Shown piece by piece: positions 36,770 to 47,065 of a DNA stretch of 64,000 nucleotides. The notes below the pieces were generated by a model. It made no database searches. It had not been told where the DNA came from and was given only the letters and a program-made list of their open reading frames with translations. A program made the position numbers and the translations under genes. Source of the DNA: Limnochordaceae bacterium (GTDB lineage: Bacteria > Bacillota > Limnochordia > Limnochordales > DUMU01); contig JADBKQ010000006.1 of NCBI GenBank assembly GCA_014896305.1, positions 78,850-142,849 on the forward strand, read 5' to 3'. How positions within the stretch are numbered: position 1 is the first letter of the stretch; the number at the start of each line of letters is the position of its first letter.

Positions 36770-37927
36770 TCAGGGCGTGGAGGCGGCTAAGAGCGGTGTT
36801 ACGGCCTGAGCGAAGGCTTCCGGCTGCTCGAGGGCGGTCAGGTGGCCTGCTTGCGGGATGCGCACCAGGCGGGCGGTGGGAATGTTGGCAGCCATGGCCG
36901 CGGCCTCGGCCGGGGGCGAGAACTGGTCTTCTTCGCCTACGATGACCACGGAAGGTACATTGATCGTGGGAAGCAGGAGGGTGGAATCGGCGCGTTGGGC
37001 CATGGCTCGGGCTGCGGCCACCAGGCCGTCGACGGAGTTTTGCAGGATCCAGGTGCGAAGCTGACCTATGAGTTCGGGACGGGCGGATCGGGTGGTGGGG
37101 CCGATTAGCCCGGGCACGAACTGGTCCACGGCAGCAGCAGCTCCCTCCGCGTGCAGGCGTTCAATGAGACGGAAGCGGTTGTCACGAGCGGACGGCGAGT
37201 CGGCGCTGGCCCTGGTGTCGGCCAGAACGAGGCCGGCAACATGCTCACGATGAAGACGCCAGAGGGCCAGGGCGATGTACCCCCCCATCGACAGCCCGGC
37301 AAAGATGGCGCGGCGGACACCAAGGCCATCCAGGAAGCGGACGATCGCGTCAGCATAGGCGTCGATAGAAGCCAGGGCGTCGATGGAAGGCAGGGCGTCG
37401 CTGGAAGCCAGCTCAACCCCATCGCTAGCTGGGTTCTCTACTTGGTCAGTACCAGGTAGAGAGCACCCATTTTTGTTGGCGTCGGACGTGCCGGCAGTTT
37501 GACTCTTGTCCGCCATGAAATCACCTCCAGGCACCGTTAGGTTGGTGTCGGACGTGCCAGCAGTTTGACTGCTGCGACTTTTGCCAAACCCAGGCAGATC
37601 GGGGGCTATCACCCGCGTTGCCTTTCCGAGCAGTTCTAGTTGTTTCGTCCACATCGCGCTATGGAGGGGGTAAGCGTGAAGCAGGACGAGGGGGGCGGAA
37701 TGGCTGCTTGTCCCCGAGTCAAGGTAAGACCAATGAATCGGGCCAAGGTCTAAGGATTTCAACGAGTACTGGGGCCATACACCAGCCTCAGGGTTACTTC
37801 CCGGATGTCTGGATGGTGATACACCGGCTTCCCGGTTGCTCTCCAGCCGCCCATGTGGTAACAAACTACTGGCCACAGGGTCACTTCCTGGCTGTCTGTG
37901 CAGCATCCGAATGGTACAAGCCTCCAT
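36770..37927 (-). CDS. Alpha/beta hydrolase with internal duplicated low-complexity insertion
   Basis: AAAGGAGG RBS lies upstream of the ATG at 37927. Motifs: LVLLHAYPLHSAMW, APDLPGFGKS, GLSMGGYIAL, QAGHL. The inserted segment SQTAGTSD..SQTAGTSD comes from a DNA duplication at about 37470-37580. Confidence 0.78.
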   Translation of the reverse strand: MEACTIRMLHRQPGSDPVASSLLPHGRLESNREAGVSPSRHPGSNPEAGVWPQYSLKSLDLGPIHWSYLDSGTSSHSAPLVLLHAYPLHSAMWTKQLELLGKATRVIAPDLPGFGKSRSSQTAGTSDTNLTVPGGDFMADKSQTAGTSDANKNGCSLPGTDQVENPASDGVELASSDALPSIDALASIDAYADAIVRFLDGLGVRRAIFAGLSMGGYIALALWRLHREHVAGLVLADTRASADSPSARDNRFRLIERLHAEGAAAAVDQFVPGLIGPTTRSARPELIGQLRTWILQNSVDGLVAAARAMAQRADSTLLLPTINVPSVVIVGEEDQFSPPAEAAAMAANIPTARLVRIPQAGHLTALEQPEAFAQAVTPLLAASTP

Positions 37928-38657
37928 AGCAAGACAAGCCTCCTTTTACTCGAGGCCTCCTTTTTCCTTCCTTCGGCCTTCCGTATCTTGCCCTGGCGAA
38001 CTGCTCACCGACGTAGCCGGTGAAGAGGGTTTTCCACTCCGACTGCCGTCCGTATCTTACCCTCGCAAACTGCTGGGCTCAACCCGGCCCCGACAGCAAC
38101 CACGCCTTCACACCCTCCAGCCACACTGTCATACGCCACTCCACTGCCTCGCAAGCATCGCCCCGAGCAGCCGACGCGCGGGATGGCGCGCTTGGCTGGA
38201 TGTCGCGTTGGGCCGGATGGTGCGCCGCACACCTTTGGCTTGTCCGAGCAGGGGCGCACGATTGACCTTTCGCTCCCCAGACACTTTCCCGACGAGGCTC
38301 GGAAGTTCGCCCCCGCTCCGGGCCGAGCGCAGGCAGCCTGGTCCGGGAAAGTGGACATGAAGTGTGAACCCCAGGCATAGATGCGGGACGACGACGCCAT
38401 TCGGAGCACCACCCCGTCTCGCATGTGTGCCGGAAGCGCTGGTAGGGGGTGTTTCGACGAAAACTCGGCCCCGGCGGCAATCCCCTGTATGATAGAATGA
38501 TGCGTCGTTGCATTGCCGGGGTACAGGGGGCGCAGGCCATCATGCCCGCCTGGGCAGTACGTGATCGGTGGTGCGTTGCCCGGGGTACAGGGGGCGCAGG
38601 GCGATACGGAGCACAGGGGGCACTCGGATCGCAGGCGTCGGAAGAAGGTGAACGTGA

Positions 38658-40661
38658 TTGAGCGAGAGGGAGCAAGCTGGCCGGCTCAACCGTACCATCC
38701 CGTCTCCGTGGGTGGCCTGGCGCGCCTATCTGCGGGCAATGGCCGTGGCCAAGCGCCACTGGCTGCGCATGGTCCTGGCCTTCGCGGGCATGCTCATCGA
38801 CAGCGTGACCATCTTGGTAGTGCCTCTGCTCTTGCGCTGGGCCATTGATATTTTGACTCATCCCGATGCTGCCGGTGGCGCGGCCGTGTCGCTGGGCGTG
38901 GGCGGGTGGCGTCTGTCTCCGGCCAGCTGGCAGCTGGCGCGCATCGCCTTGTTCAGCCTGGGGCTGGCTCTGGTACGGGCCGCCGGAATCTACCTGGAGA
39001 TTTTCATGCAGGAGTCGGTGGGCAACTGGATCGCCAGGGATCTCCGCAGCCTGCTATTCCAGAAGATGCTGCGTTTACCCTTCGCGTTCTTCGACCGTCG
39101 TCAAACCGGCGACATCATGTCCCGGCTGACGAAGGATGTCAGCGCGGTACAGGATGGCACCGGCTTCGTGGTTCTCATTACCATCGTGAACATCTTCCAG
39201 GTGGCGGGTGCCGTCGCCGCCATGCTCCTGATGGACCCCACCCTGACGCTGGTGGTACTGTTGATCGCACCCCCGGTGGCTTTGATCACGCTGGCATACA
39301 CGAAGGCCGTCAGTCCCTTGTACCGGGAGGTGGAGGCCCGTTCCGGTACGTTGCACACCGTGGCGCAGGAGAACATCTCCGGAATACGCGTGGTTAAAGC
39401 GTTTACTCGTGCCCCAGAGGAGATCGAGAAGTTCGAGAAGGAGAACGAAGCGCTCTTCACCGCCAACCTGCGCATCGCCCGGCTCAGCAGCCTCGTGGGC
39501 CCGGCTCTCGATCTGATGAGCGTTTTGCTGTCGCTGGTGATCCTGGGGTATGGGGGATACCGTGCCGCCACCGGAACGCTTGAGCTGGGGACCCTCATGG
39601 CGTTCAGTAGCTATGCGGCCTTTCTGTACTGGCCGCTGCGGCAGACGGGCTGGCTGGCCGACTTGATTAGTAAGGCCCTTGCGGGCGCAGTCCGCATCTT
39701 CGATCTTCTGGACGAGCAAGAACAGCCGCTGGGCGGTCCCGTCGCACCTGTGAACGAGGTTCGGGGACAGCTGGAGTTCCGGAATGTTTCTTTTGCCTAC
39801 AAGGACGCAGACTTCAGCGGAGTCTCTGCAGCGGCGGTGGGCGGGGCGGAAGGGACTTCTGCCTGGCAACGGCGGAACGGCGACGATGACGGGTATGCCC
39901 TGCGCGGGTTCAACCTGATCATCCGCCCTGGTGAGCGCGTGGCGATCATCGGTGGCACCGGTTCAGGCAAGACCACCGTGGCCAACCTGATTGCCCGCTT
40001 CTATGACCCTACGGCCGGCCAGGTCCTGCTGGACGGGCGAGATCTGCGGGAGTGGCCTTTGGAGCAACTGCGACGTGCCGTGGGCTTCGTCTTTCAGGAC
40101 AACTTCCTGTTTTCGCTCTCGGTGCGGGACAACATCTGCCTTGGCCTGCCGGGAGCGGATCCGGCCAAGGTGCAGGAGGCAGCCGAGGCGGCCCAGATTG
40201 CGGCTACCATTGAACGGCTGCCCCACGGCTACGACACCGTCGTAGGGGAACGGGGCATAGGGCTGTCGGGAGGGGAGCGGCAGCGCATCGCGCTGGCGAG
40301 GGCACTGCTCGTCAACCCGCCCATCCTGGTGCTGGATGATTCCACCGCCAGCCTGGATGCGCATACAGAGAACGCCGTTCAGGCGGCGCTAGACCGGCGG
40401 GCGGCGGGGCGCACTGTTGTGATCATCGCCCAGCGGGTTGCCACTGCAATGCGGGCGGACCGGATCGTGGTCATGGACAAAGGGGTTATCGTGCAGGAAG
40501 GCACCCATGCTGAGCTGGTCGCACAGGAGGGCATCTATCGTCAGCTATACCGGGAGCAGATGGCGTTGCGGGCGTCCAGGCCGGTAGGTTTGGATTCGGA
40601 TGTGGATGGGAATCTCGCTGGGGATGTGGACGCGGTCCAGGCAGCGGAGGCCGGCTGCTGA
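38658..40661 (+). CDS. ABC exporter, fused permease/ATPase (type I exporter, subunit 1 of a heterodimer)
   Basis: Six-TM domain followed by an NBD: GGTGSGKTT (Walker A), LSGGERQRIALARAL (signature), ILVLDDSTASLD (Walker B). TTG start, not verified. Confidence 0.88.
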   Translation: MSEREQAGRLNRTIPSPWVAWRAYLRAMAVAKRHWLRMVLAFAGMLIDSVTILVVPLLLRWAIDILTHPDAAGGAAVSLGVGGWRLSPASWQLARIALFSLGLALVRAAGIYLEIFMQESVGNWIARDLRSLLFQKMLRLPFAFFDRRQTGDIMSRLTKDVSAVQDGTGFVVLITIVNIFQVAGAVAAMLLMDPTLTLVVLLIAPPVALITLAYTKAVSPLYREVEARSGTLHTVAQENISGIRVVKAFTRAPEEIEKFEKENEALFTANLRIARLSSLVGPALDLMSVLLSLVILGYGGYRAATGTLELGTLMAFSSYAAFLYWPLRQTGWLADLISKALAGAVRIFDLLDEQEQPLGGPVAPVNEVRGQLEFRNVSFAYKDADFSGVSAAAVGGAEGTSAWQRRNGDDDGYALRGFNLIIRPGERVAIIGGTGSGKTTVANLIARFYDPTAGQVLLDGRDLREWPLEQLRRAVGFVFQDNFLFSLSVRDNICLGLPGADPAKVQEAAEAAQIAATIERLPHGYDTVVGERGIGLSGGERQRIALARALLVNPPILVLDDSTASLDAHTENAVQAALDRRAAGRTVVIIAQRVATAMRADRIVVMDKGVIVQEGTHAELVAQEGIYRQLYREQMALRASRPVGLDSDVDGNLAGDVDAVQAAEAGC

Positions 40662-40694
40662 GCCTGAGCGGCGTGTAAAAGGGGGTGAACAGAA

Positions 40695-42587
40695 TTGCCC
40701 GAGAACCATGATGAGCTAGAAGCAGTGGAGTCATCGGAAGCCCAGAGTGGCAGAAAGTTCACCGCCCTTTGGGCCTTCGCCCCGTACTTGCGACCACACC
40801 AGGCACACTTGGTGGGCGCAGCGACGTTGATGCTGGTCAGTGCGGCCAGTACCATGTTCTTGCCGTATGCCAGCCGAATTGCTCTTGACCAGTACATTAT
40901 TCCGCATCACCCCGAGGGCTTGCTGCAGTTCATTGTCCTGGTGGTGGCGGTGGCCGTGGTGGGGGCACTGGCAGGGACTGTGCGTGCCCGCCTGATGGCC
41001 TACGTGGGTCAGGAGTCGATTCGGAGCATCCGGCGGGACCTATTCACCCACCTTCAGCAGCTCCCGGTGGCCTTCTTTGACCGTATCCCCGTGGGGAAAG
41101 TGATGACCCGCCTTACCAGCGATGTGGATGCGTTGGCCGACCTGCTCAGTGGTACGATCATCCAGATGTTTGGCGATGCGCTGACCTTGGTAGGCTTTTT
41201 GGCCATTATGTTCGCCGTCGACTGGCGGCTGGCTCTGGTGACGGTGCTGGGTGTGCCTCCCCTGGTATTCGCCTTTTCCGTCCTGAGCGGGCGGATCCAT
41301 CGGGCTGAGGATGTTGCCCGGGAGCGAGCCTCCGCCGTTAACGCCACGTTGCAAGAGAATGTGTCCGGCATCCGGGTGATCCAGGCCTTCTGGGCCCACC
41401 GCCAGTTTGGCGAGCGTTTCGAAAGGGCCAACGAGAGCCTGTTTGCCGCGAACTTGCGGGCGCTCTTTGTGTTCGCCTTCTTCTGGCCGACGGTCGATTT
41501 CACCTGGATCAGCAGTACAGGCCTGCTCCTTTTCGCCGGTGGATACTGGGTCTTGCAGGGAACCCTCACCATCGGTACCCTATCGGCCTTCATGGGTTAC
41601 GGCGGGCAGTTTTTCGGCCCACTGCACGGGCTGTCGCAGGCGTATCGAGTGATCCAGCGGGCACTGGCGGGGGCGGTGCGAATCCAGCGGATCCTAGAGA
41701 CTCCGAATGAACGCACTGCCGGCTTGCCCAGCATGCCACCGATTCGAGGCGAGGTAGAGTTTGACCACGTTACGTTCGGATACGAGGCAGGCCGTCCGGT
41801 GTTGGCCGATGTCAACCTCCGGGCACAGCCAGGCGAGACAATCGCTCTGGTAGGGCACACCGGGGCCGGTAAGACGTCGGTGATCAATCTGCTGTGCCGG
41901 TTTTATGAACCGCAGGCCGGCACGATCCGGGTGGATGGCCAGGACATCCGCCAGGTGGATCTGGAGTCCTATCGCCGGCAGATCGCTCTGGTCTTACAGG
42001 AACCATTCCTGTTCTCCGGCACGGTACGGGAGAACCTTCGCTACGGAAACACGGAAGCGACCGACGAGCAGATGCGGGCGGCGTTGGCCGCTGCCGGCCT
42101 GGAGGACTTGCCGCTGGACCTGGTCTTGCACGAGCGGGGCGGCAACCTGTCCTCCGGCCAGCGCCAACTCCTGTCCTTCGCTCGGGCGATCCTGGCGGAT
42201 CCACGCATTCTCATCCTGGACGAGGCGACGGCGCACGTGGACACGTTGACCGAGCGCCAGGTGCAGGCGGCGATGGAACGGTTGCTGCAGGGACGGACCG
42301 CCTTCGTCATCGCTCACCGGCTTTCGACCATCCAGTCGGCCAGCCAGATCCTGGTCGTCGAGGACGGCCGGGTAGTGGAACGGGGCACCCATGCGCAGCT
42401 GCTGGCCGCCCGCGGCCGCTACTGGCGCTTCTGCCAGGAGCAAAACCTGCTGCTGAGCGAGGGCGATAACAACGGGCTGCCCGCCGAGGGCGAACGGGAT
42501 GGACGGCAGGGCGAGGGTGGCGCCGTAGGCGACCGGGTCACAGGCAAGGGGATCGCAGGCGACGTCTCTGCTGCTGCCTTCGCCTAG
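40695..42587 (+). CDS. ABC exporter, fused permease/ATPase (subunit 2)
   Basis: RBS aagggggtg. GHTGAGKTS, LSSGQRQLLSFARAIL, ILILDEATAHVD. Confidence 0.9.
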   Translation: MPENHDELEAVESSEAQSGRKFTALWAFAPYLRPHQAHLVGAATLMLVSAASTMFLPYASRIALDQYIIPHHPEGLLQFIVLVVAVAVVGALAGTVRARLMAYVGQESIRSIRRDLFTHLQQLPVAFFDRIPVGKVMTRLTSDVDALADLLSGTIIQMFGDALTLVGFLAIMFAVDWRLALVTVLGVPPLVFAFSVLSGRIHRAEDVARERASAVNATLQENVSGIRVIQAFWAHRQFGERFERANESLFAANLRALFVFAFFWPTVDFTWISSTGLLLFAGGYWVLQGTLTIGTLSAFMGYGGQFFGPLHGLSQAYRVIQRALAGAVRIQRILETPNERTAGLPSMPPIRGEVEFDHVTFGYEAGRPVLADVNLRAQPGETIALVGHTGAGKTSVINLLCRFYEPQAGTIRVDGQDIRQVDLESYRRQIALVLQEPFLFSGTVRENLRYGNTEATDEQMRAALAAAGLEDLPLDLVLHERGGNLSSGQRQLLSFARAILADPRILILDEATAHVDTLTERQVQAAMERLLQGRTAFVIAHRLSTIQSASQILVVEDGRVVERGTHAQLLAARGRYWRFCQEQNLLLSEGDNNGLPAEGERDGRQGEGGAVGDRVTGKGIAGDVSAAAFA

Positions 42588-42673
42588 ACGACAGGATGCA
42601 AGGAGTGTGCGGCGAACTTCCCAATGCCTTGGAATCGGAACCGGGTGCAGCCCTGGCAAAGGGAGGGTTCGAA

Positions 42674-44050
42674 GTGAAGCTCCGGTGCAAAGTGACGTCC
42701 GTTGTTGTGGCGAATCTGCTCATGGTAGCGACGGTAGCTGGGTTCTGCTTGAACGTGTTCCCTCCGGCAACAAGTACAGGGATGGCTCTAGCGGCTGCGC
42801 ACAAGCCAGTGACCATTCGCTTTTGGAACTGGTGGGACGCTTCCCGTGAACCCCTGATGAACGAAGTGATCCGGCGCTTCCAGGAAAAGTACCCGTGGAT
42901 CACGGTCAAAAGTCAGGTGGACGGCTGGTCGGGACGGACCGCCAAGGTGCTGGCAGCTTACGCCGCCGGCGCCCCGGCAGACCTGACGATGGTCACCCGG
43001 GCTGAACTGGCTTCCCTGGCCGACCTGGGGGCAATCACGCCGATCACCGACTGGGTGAAGCGGGATAAGCTTGACCTGACACAGTTTTTTGCGGCCGAGG
43101 TCGAGGCTTTCTACTGGGACGGGCAGCTTTGGAGTCTGCCCTTGCCGACGGTATCAGGCGAAGGCAGCATGTACTACTACAACAAAGATCTGTTCGAAAG
43201 AGCGGGGCTGGATCCGGATCACCCTCCGCTCACGTGGCGGGCCTTCGCCGAGACCGCGCGCAAGCTGACGTTGCGCGACGACACCGGTCGTATCCGTCAA
43301 CTGGGAATGGACACGTTTCCGCAGCTGTGGGTTCATCTGTTGTACTCGAACGGCGGTGAACTCCTTTCGTCGGATCGGCGGCACGTTCAAGCCGACACCG
43401 AGCGGGGGCGTGAGGCATTGCGTTACGCGGTCGATTTGACCCAAAAGTTATTGGGAGGATCGGCCGCGATGGGCCAGTTTCTGGCCGGGACGACACCGGC
43501 CATTGCCTTTGCCCAGGGACGTCAGGCGATCGTCCAGGGGCATCCCAGTGTGATGGCGGTGATTCTGCAGAACGCGCCCGCCGGCTTTCGGTGGGGGGTC
43601 ATGCCGGCGCCGTACAACGACCAGCGGCCGGAGGCAAAGTCGCGAGGCATTGCCGGATTCCAGTGGGGCTGGGGATACGCCATTCCCAAAGGACTTCCGC
43701 CAGAACGGGAAGAGGCAGCCTGGCTCTTTCTGAAATTCATCACCGCGGATGAGCAAGGCGCTGGCTATTTCCTGGTCAAGCAAGGTCGACCGGCCTCGGT
43801 GATTCGGTTCAACCTCAACCCGGAGTATTCCAAGATTGTGGGGCCGAATTGGCCCCTCATCATCAAATACCTCGGCAATGACGTGGCGTTTCCAGCACTG
43901 CCCGTGATGGGGGATATCTTTAACAAGCTAGTGGAGCGTTCTTACGCCCCCATGGGCGGGACGGTGGAGCCCGATAACGCTTTGCAGGGGATCCAGACGG
44001 ACCTGCAGCGCATCGTCGACGACTACTGGGCCAAGCGTAACAAGAGTTAA
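42674..44050 (+). CDS. ABC transporter solute-binding protein (family 1), no adjacent permeases
   Basis: AAGGGAGGG lies 6 nt upstream of the GTG at 42674. Signal/anchor-like VVVANLLMVATVAGFCL. The body is typical of sugar SBPs. Confidence 0.8.
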   Translation: MKLRCKVTSVVVANLLMVATVAGFCLNVFPPATSTGMALAAAHKPVTIRFWNWWDASREPLMNEVIRRFQEKYPWITVKSQVDGWSGRTAKVLAAYAAGAPADLTMVTRAELASLADLGAITPITDWVKRDKLDLTQFFAAEVEAFYWDGQLWSLPLPTVSGEGSMYYYNKDLFERAGLDPDHPPLTWRAFAETARKLTLRDDTGRIRQLGMDTFPQLWVHLLYSNGGELLSSDRRHVQADTERGREALRYAVDLTQKLLGGSAAMGQFLAGTTPAIAFAQGRQAIVQGHPSVMAVILQNAPAGFRWGVMPAPYNDQRPEAKSRGIAGFQWGWGYAIPKGLPPEREEAAWLFLKFITADEQGAGYFLVKQGRPASVIRFNLNPEYSKIVGPNWPLIIKYLGNDVAFPALPVMGDIFNKLVERSYAPMGGTVEPDNALQGIQTDLQRIVDDYWAKRNKS

Positions 44051-45774
44051 TTCGCCGGGGGGCGGTGCGCTGGCCCCGACGCTACGTCCTCGGCGAGCAG
44101 TCGCTGATAAAGCTGATGAAAGGCGGGGTCTGGTTGCAGCGTGACTCCGGGTGGGGGTGGCAGGCACTGAAGATCGGTCAAAGAGGGCAGGAGGCCGGCC
44201 GCCCAGAGCGCCAGACGGGCTGCCCCGCGCAGGGAGGACTCGGCGCTGGAGGCGAGCGCCAGCGGTTCACCAAAAACGTTGGCGATGATCTGCGCCCACA
44301 CCGGCCAGTTGACCAGCGCCCCGCCGCCAGCTTGCCAGGTGACTGGGCCTGGGATGAGGCGGGCGGACTGGAGTTGGTGGCGGATGGCGTGCAGCTGGAA
44401 AGCGACGGCCTCCAGCATCGCCTGAACCACCTCCACCGGCCTGGTCTCCAGGCACAAGCCGGCGACGGTACCGCCGGCCACTGGGGCTGTGGCAGGCCAG
44501 TCTGGACTGCGGCGACCGGCCAGGTCAGGGCTGACCTGCAAGTGGGCGGAGGCTGGCGGCAGGGCGGCCAGCTCGGCCTGGAGTGCTGCAGGGTCATCCG
44601 GGAGCAGGAACGTGTGCCGGCACCAGTCGAGGAGATTCCCGCCGTTGCTGAGGGCGCCGCCCACCACGACCAGGTCGCGCAAGAGCCGATAGGAAAAGAG
44701 CGAGGGGGCGGGGGTGGACAAGGCGGCCAACGGCAGCAGGATGCGGGCGGCGGCGCTGGTAGCGACCATGACGGCGGGGTGCTGCGAGTCGAGGGCGTGC
44801 TGACCCAGGTTGTCACAGGCGCCGTCGCCGGCGGGTAGCAGGAAGGGGACGCGGGCCAGGCGAGGCAGCCGTTCACGATAGGGGGAACGAAGGCCGGCCC
44901 GTACCCATTCGATCTCGGCTGGGCGGGGAAGCTGTTCACGTTCGAGGTGGAGGTAGCGGAGCACGTCGTCGTCCCAGTCGGCGGTAGCGTATGAGAGCAG
45001 GCCCGTGCCGGAGGCTAGCGAGAAGCTGGTGAGGACGGGTGGGCCGAAGAGCTGCAAGTACAGGTAATCGGGTAGCGACATCCAGGTTTGAACCGAGCGG
45101 CAGAGGGCAGCGTCCTGTTCCTGCCACCAGCGCAGTTGAACGGCGGGGAAGCTGGGGTGGATGAACGCCCCGGTGCGTCGATGGTACTCGTCCTGCCCCC
45201 ACTCTGCTTGCACGGACTTGGCCTGCGGGGCGGACCGCCGGTCGCCCCAGAGCAGGGCTGGGGTCAGCGGGCGACCCTCGACGTCGACCGCCAATAGGCT
45301 GTGCCAGAGGGCGCTCACACCGACGGCGGCGATGGGCAACCGGCTGGGGGGCAGGGATGGGTTGATCAGAGCCAGCAGTTCCTCGAGCGTCTCCAACAAG
45401 CTGGCCAGGACGATGTCGGGGTCGACCTCCATGCGGCCGTCCTCCGGGCTATAGTGAATCGCCTGCGGGCGGCTGGCCACAAAGCCCGGCAAAGGAGTGA
45501 GGTAGCGGTCAAAGAGGCGGGCTCGTATACGGCTCGTGCCGATGTCGATGGACAGGACGAGGGGGGTGGCAAACTCCTCCGGCGACGCCCCTTCTGCTTC
45601 GTCGTGCACGTTCAGTGCGTTTGGCACAGCAGTGGCGCTGTGCAATCCCTGCACGGTCTGCAGGTTAGCGCCGCGTAGCTCGTTCAGCGAGCGTTCACGC
45701 CACTCCAACCCACCTGCCTCCCCCCTGCAAGTGCCGATCCAAGTAGTCGTCAGCGTCCTACGATAGCCCAACAT
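44047..45774 (-). CDS. FGGY-family carbohydrate kinase
   Basis: LSIDIGTSRIRARLFD (N-terminal ATPase motif). The FGGY C-terminal region includes GGALSNGGN. The start is uncertain, since the N-terminal 60 aa lack support. Confidence 0.78.
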   Translation of the reverse strand: MLGYRRTLTTTWIGTCRGEAGGLEWRERSLNELRGANLQTVQGLHSATAVPNALNVHDEAEGASPEEFATPLVLSIDIGTSRIRARLFDRYLTPLPGFVASRPQAIHYSPEDGRMEVDPDIVLASLLETLEELLALINPSLPPSRLPIAAVGVSALWHSLLAVDVEGRPLTPALLWGDRRSAPQAKSVQAEWGQDEYHRRTGAFIHPSFPAVQLRWWQEQDAALCRSVQTWMSLPDYLYLQLFGPPVLTSFSLASGTGLLSYATADWDDDVLRYLHLEREQLPRPAEIEWVRAGLRSPYRERLPRLARVPFLLPAGDGACDNLGQHALDSQHPAVMVATSAAARILLPLAALSTPAPSLFSYRLLRDLVVVGGALSNGGNLLDWCRHTFLLPDDPAALQAELAALPPASAHLQVSPDLAGRRSPDWPATAPVAGGTVAGLCLETRPVEVVQAMLEAVAFQLHAIRHQLQSARLIPGPVTWQAGGGALVNWPVWAQIIANVFGEPLALASSAESSLRGAARLALWAAGLLPSLTDLQCLPPPPGVTLQPDPAFHQLYQRLLAEDVASGPAHRPPAN

Positions 45775-45822
45775 GGCGAGGGCTTGGTCTTACCACAACT
45801 CTGGGGGCGCTAAAGCCTAGCC

Positions 45823-46950
45823 TCACGACAATCCCAGGTGAGCGAAGGCTTCGGCCAGCGAGGTCTCGGCCACGGCCGTGCTCTCATCCGCAGCCCCGTA
45901 GTAAAGGAAGATACGACCGTCGTCTTGGGCGACCCACCCACAACTAAACACCACGTTGCCAAAGAAGCCGCTCTTCTCGTAAGGCGCGCTGGGAGCGAGG
46001 AATGGTTCTTTGCTCCTGGCCAGTACCCGGTGGGGCTCGGTACGGTCGAGCAGGAGCAAGCCCAGGCAGTAGGTGTTCGTTTCGTTCGCACCGTGGTAAA
46101 GCTCAAGCCAGCCGTCCGGCGTCAGCAGCGGGGGTGCCCCTGCTCCGATGCGAACACTGTCCCACTGTCTGGGCCGGACACCTGCCACGTGGTAGTGTTC
46201 ACCCCAGTGAACCAGGTCTGGCGAGTACGCCAGCCAGATGTCGGGGGTGCTGCCCAAACTCTGCGTGTACGGCCGGTGCAGCATGGCGTATCGGTGGGCC
46301 GACGAGCCAACGCCGGTTGATGCCGCAGCCTCCAGAATGCCGGGGATGATGGCAACGTCCTTGTTCTCGGGTGGCAGGCAGACGCCTCGACGCTGGAAGT
46401 TCACCCAGTCTTGCGTGGTGATGGCGGAGACAGTGATTCCCAGCTCGGAGACGGACGTATAGGTGATCCAGTAGGTGTCGCCGATTTGACTGATGCGAGG
46501 ATCTTCGATACCGTAGCGTTCATACAAGCCGGATGGCAAGATCGTGGGCTTTGGGTCAATGGTGAAATGATAACCGTCGTGGCTGCGGGCCAGACGCAGG
46601 TGGGAGATGGAGCTCAGGTAGGTGCAGCCTTTGTACACCACGGCCCGGGGATCGGACGCGTCGACGTCCGGGTCGGTACGGCGCACCTCCACCCGGCGCA
46701 GGACCGATCGTCCGTCTTTCTCCTCGATCAGAGGGAAAGCCACCGAGTCGGGGTCGGTTGTGATCGGTCGTTCGGCCACCCGCAGGAGGAGCAGGATCTC
46801 GTCGCGGAAGCGGGTGGCGGCCGCGTTGAACGCTCCCACGACCTCCATACCAGGCGCGGAGGGGGTGATATCAGCAGGGGTGATGATCGGGTTTCCGGAA
46901 TAGCGCTGCATGTATCCATCAGCCAGCCTTTCCTCGAGCTTCGATGTCAT
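45823..46950 (-). CDS. Glycoside hydrolase family 130-like (mannoside phosphorylase/glycosidase-related)
   Basis: NPIITP..., GIEDPRISQIGDTYWITYT, LLTPDGWLELYHGA, YCLGLLLLD, IFLYYGAADESTAVA. The start is uncertain (46950 versus 47088). Confidence 0.78.
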   Translation of the reverse strand: MTSKLEERLADGYMQRYSGNPIITPADITPSAPGMEVVGAFNAAATRFRDEILLLLRVAERPITTDPDSVAFPLIEEKDGRSVLRRVEVRRTDPDVDASDPRAVVYKGCTYLSSISHLRLARSHDGYHFTIDPKPTILPSGLYERYGIEDPRISQIGDTYWITYTSVSELGITVSAITTQDWVNFQRRGVCLPPENKDVAIIPGILEAAASTGVGSSAHRYAMLHRPYTQSLGSTPDIWLAYSPDLVHWGEHYHVAGVRPRQWDSVRIGAGAPPLLTPDGWLELYHGANETNTYCLGLLLLDRTEPHRVLARSKEPFLAPSAPYEKSGFFGNVVFSCGWVAQDDGRIFLYYGAADESTAVAETSLAEAFAHLGLS

Positions 46951-47065
46951 TCTCCCCTGCAGGGGCGGCTGGGTCAAGCACCGGCCGGGCACTTTTGCCA
47001 CGCGCCGGGTGAGGGCGGAGCTAGGCAACATGTGCCTGGCTGACGCGGCGTGAACTCGCAAAAAG

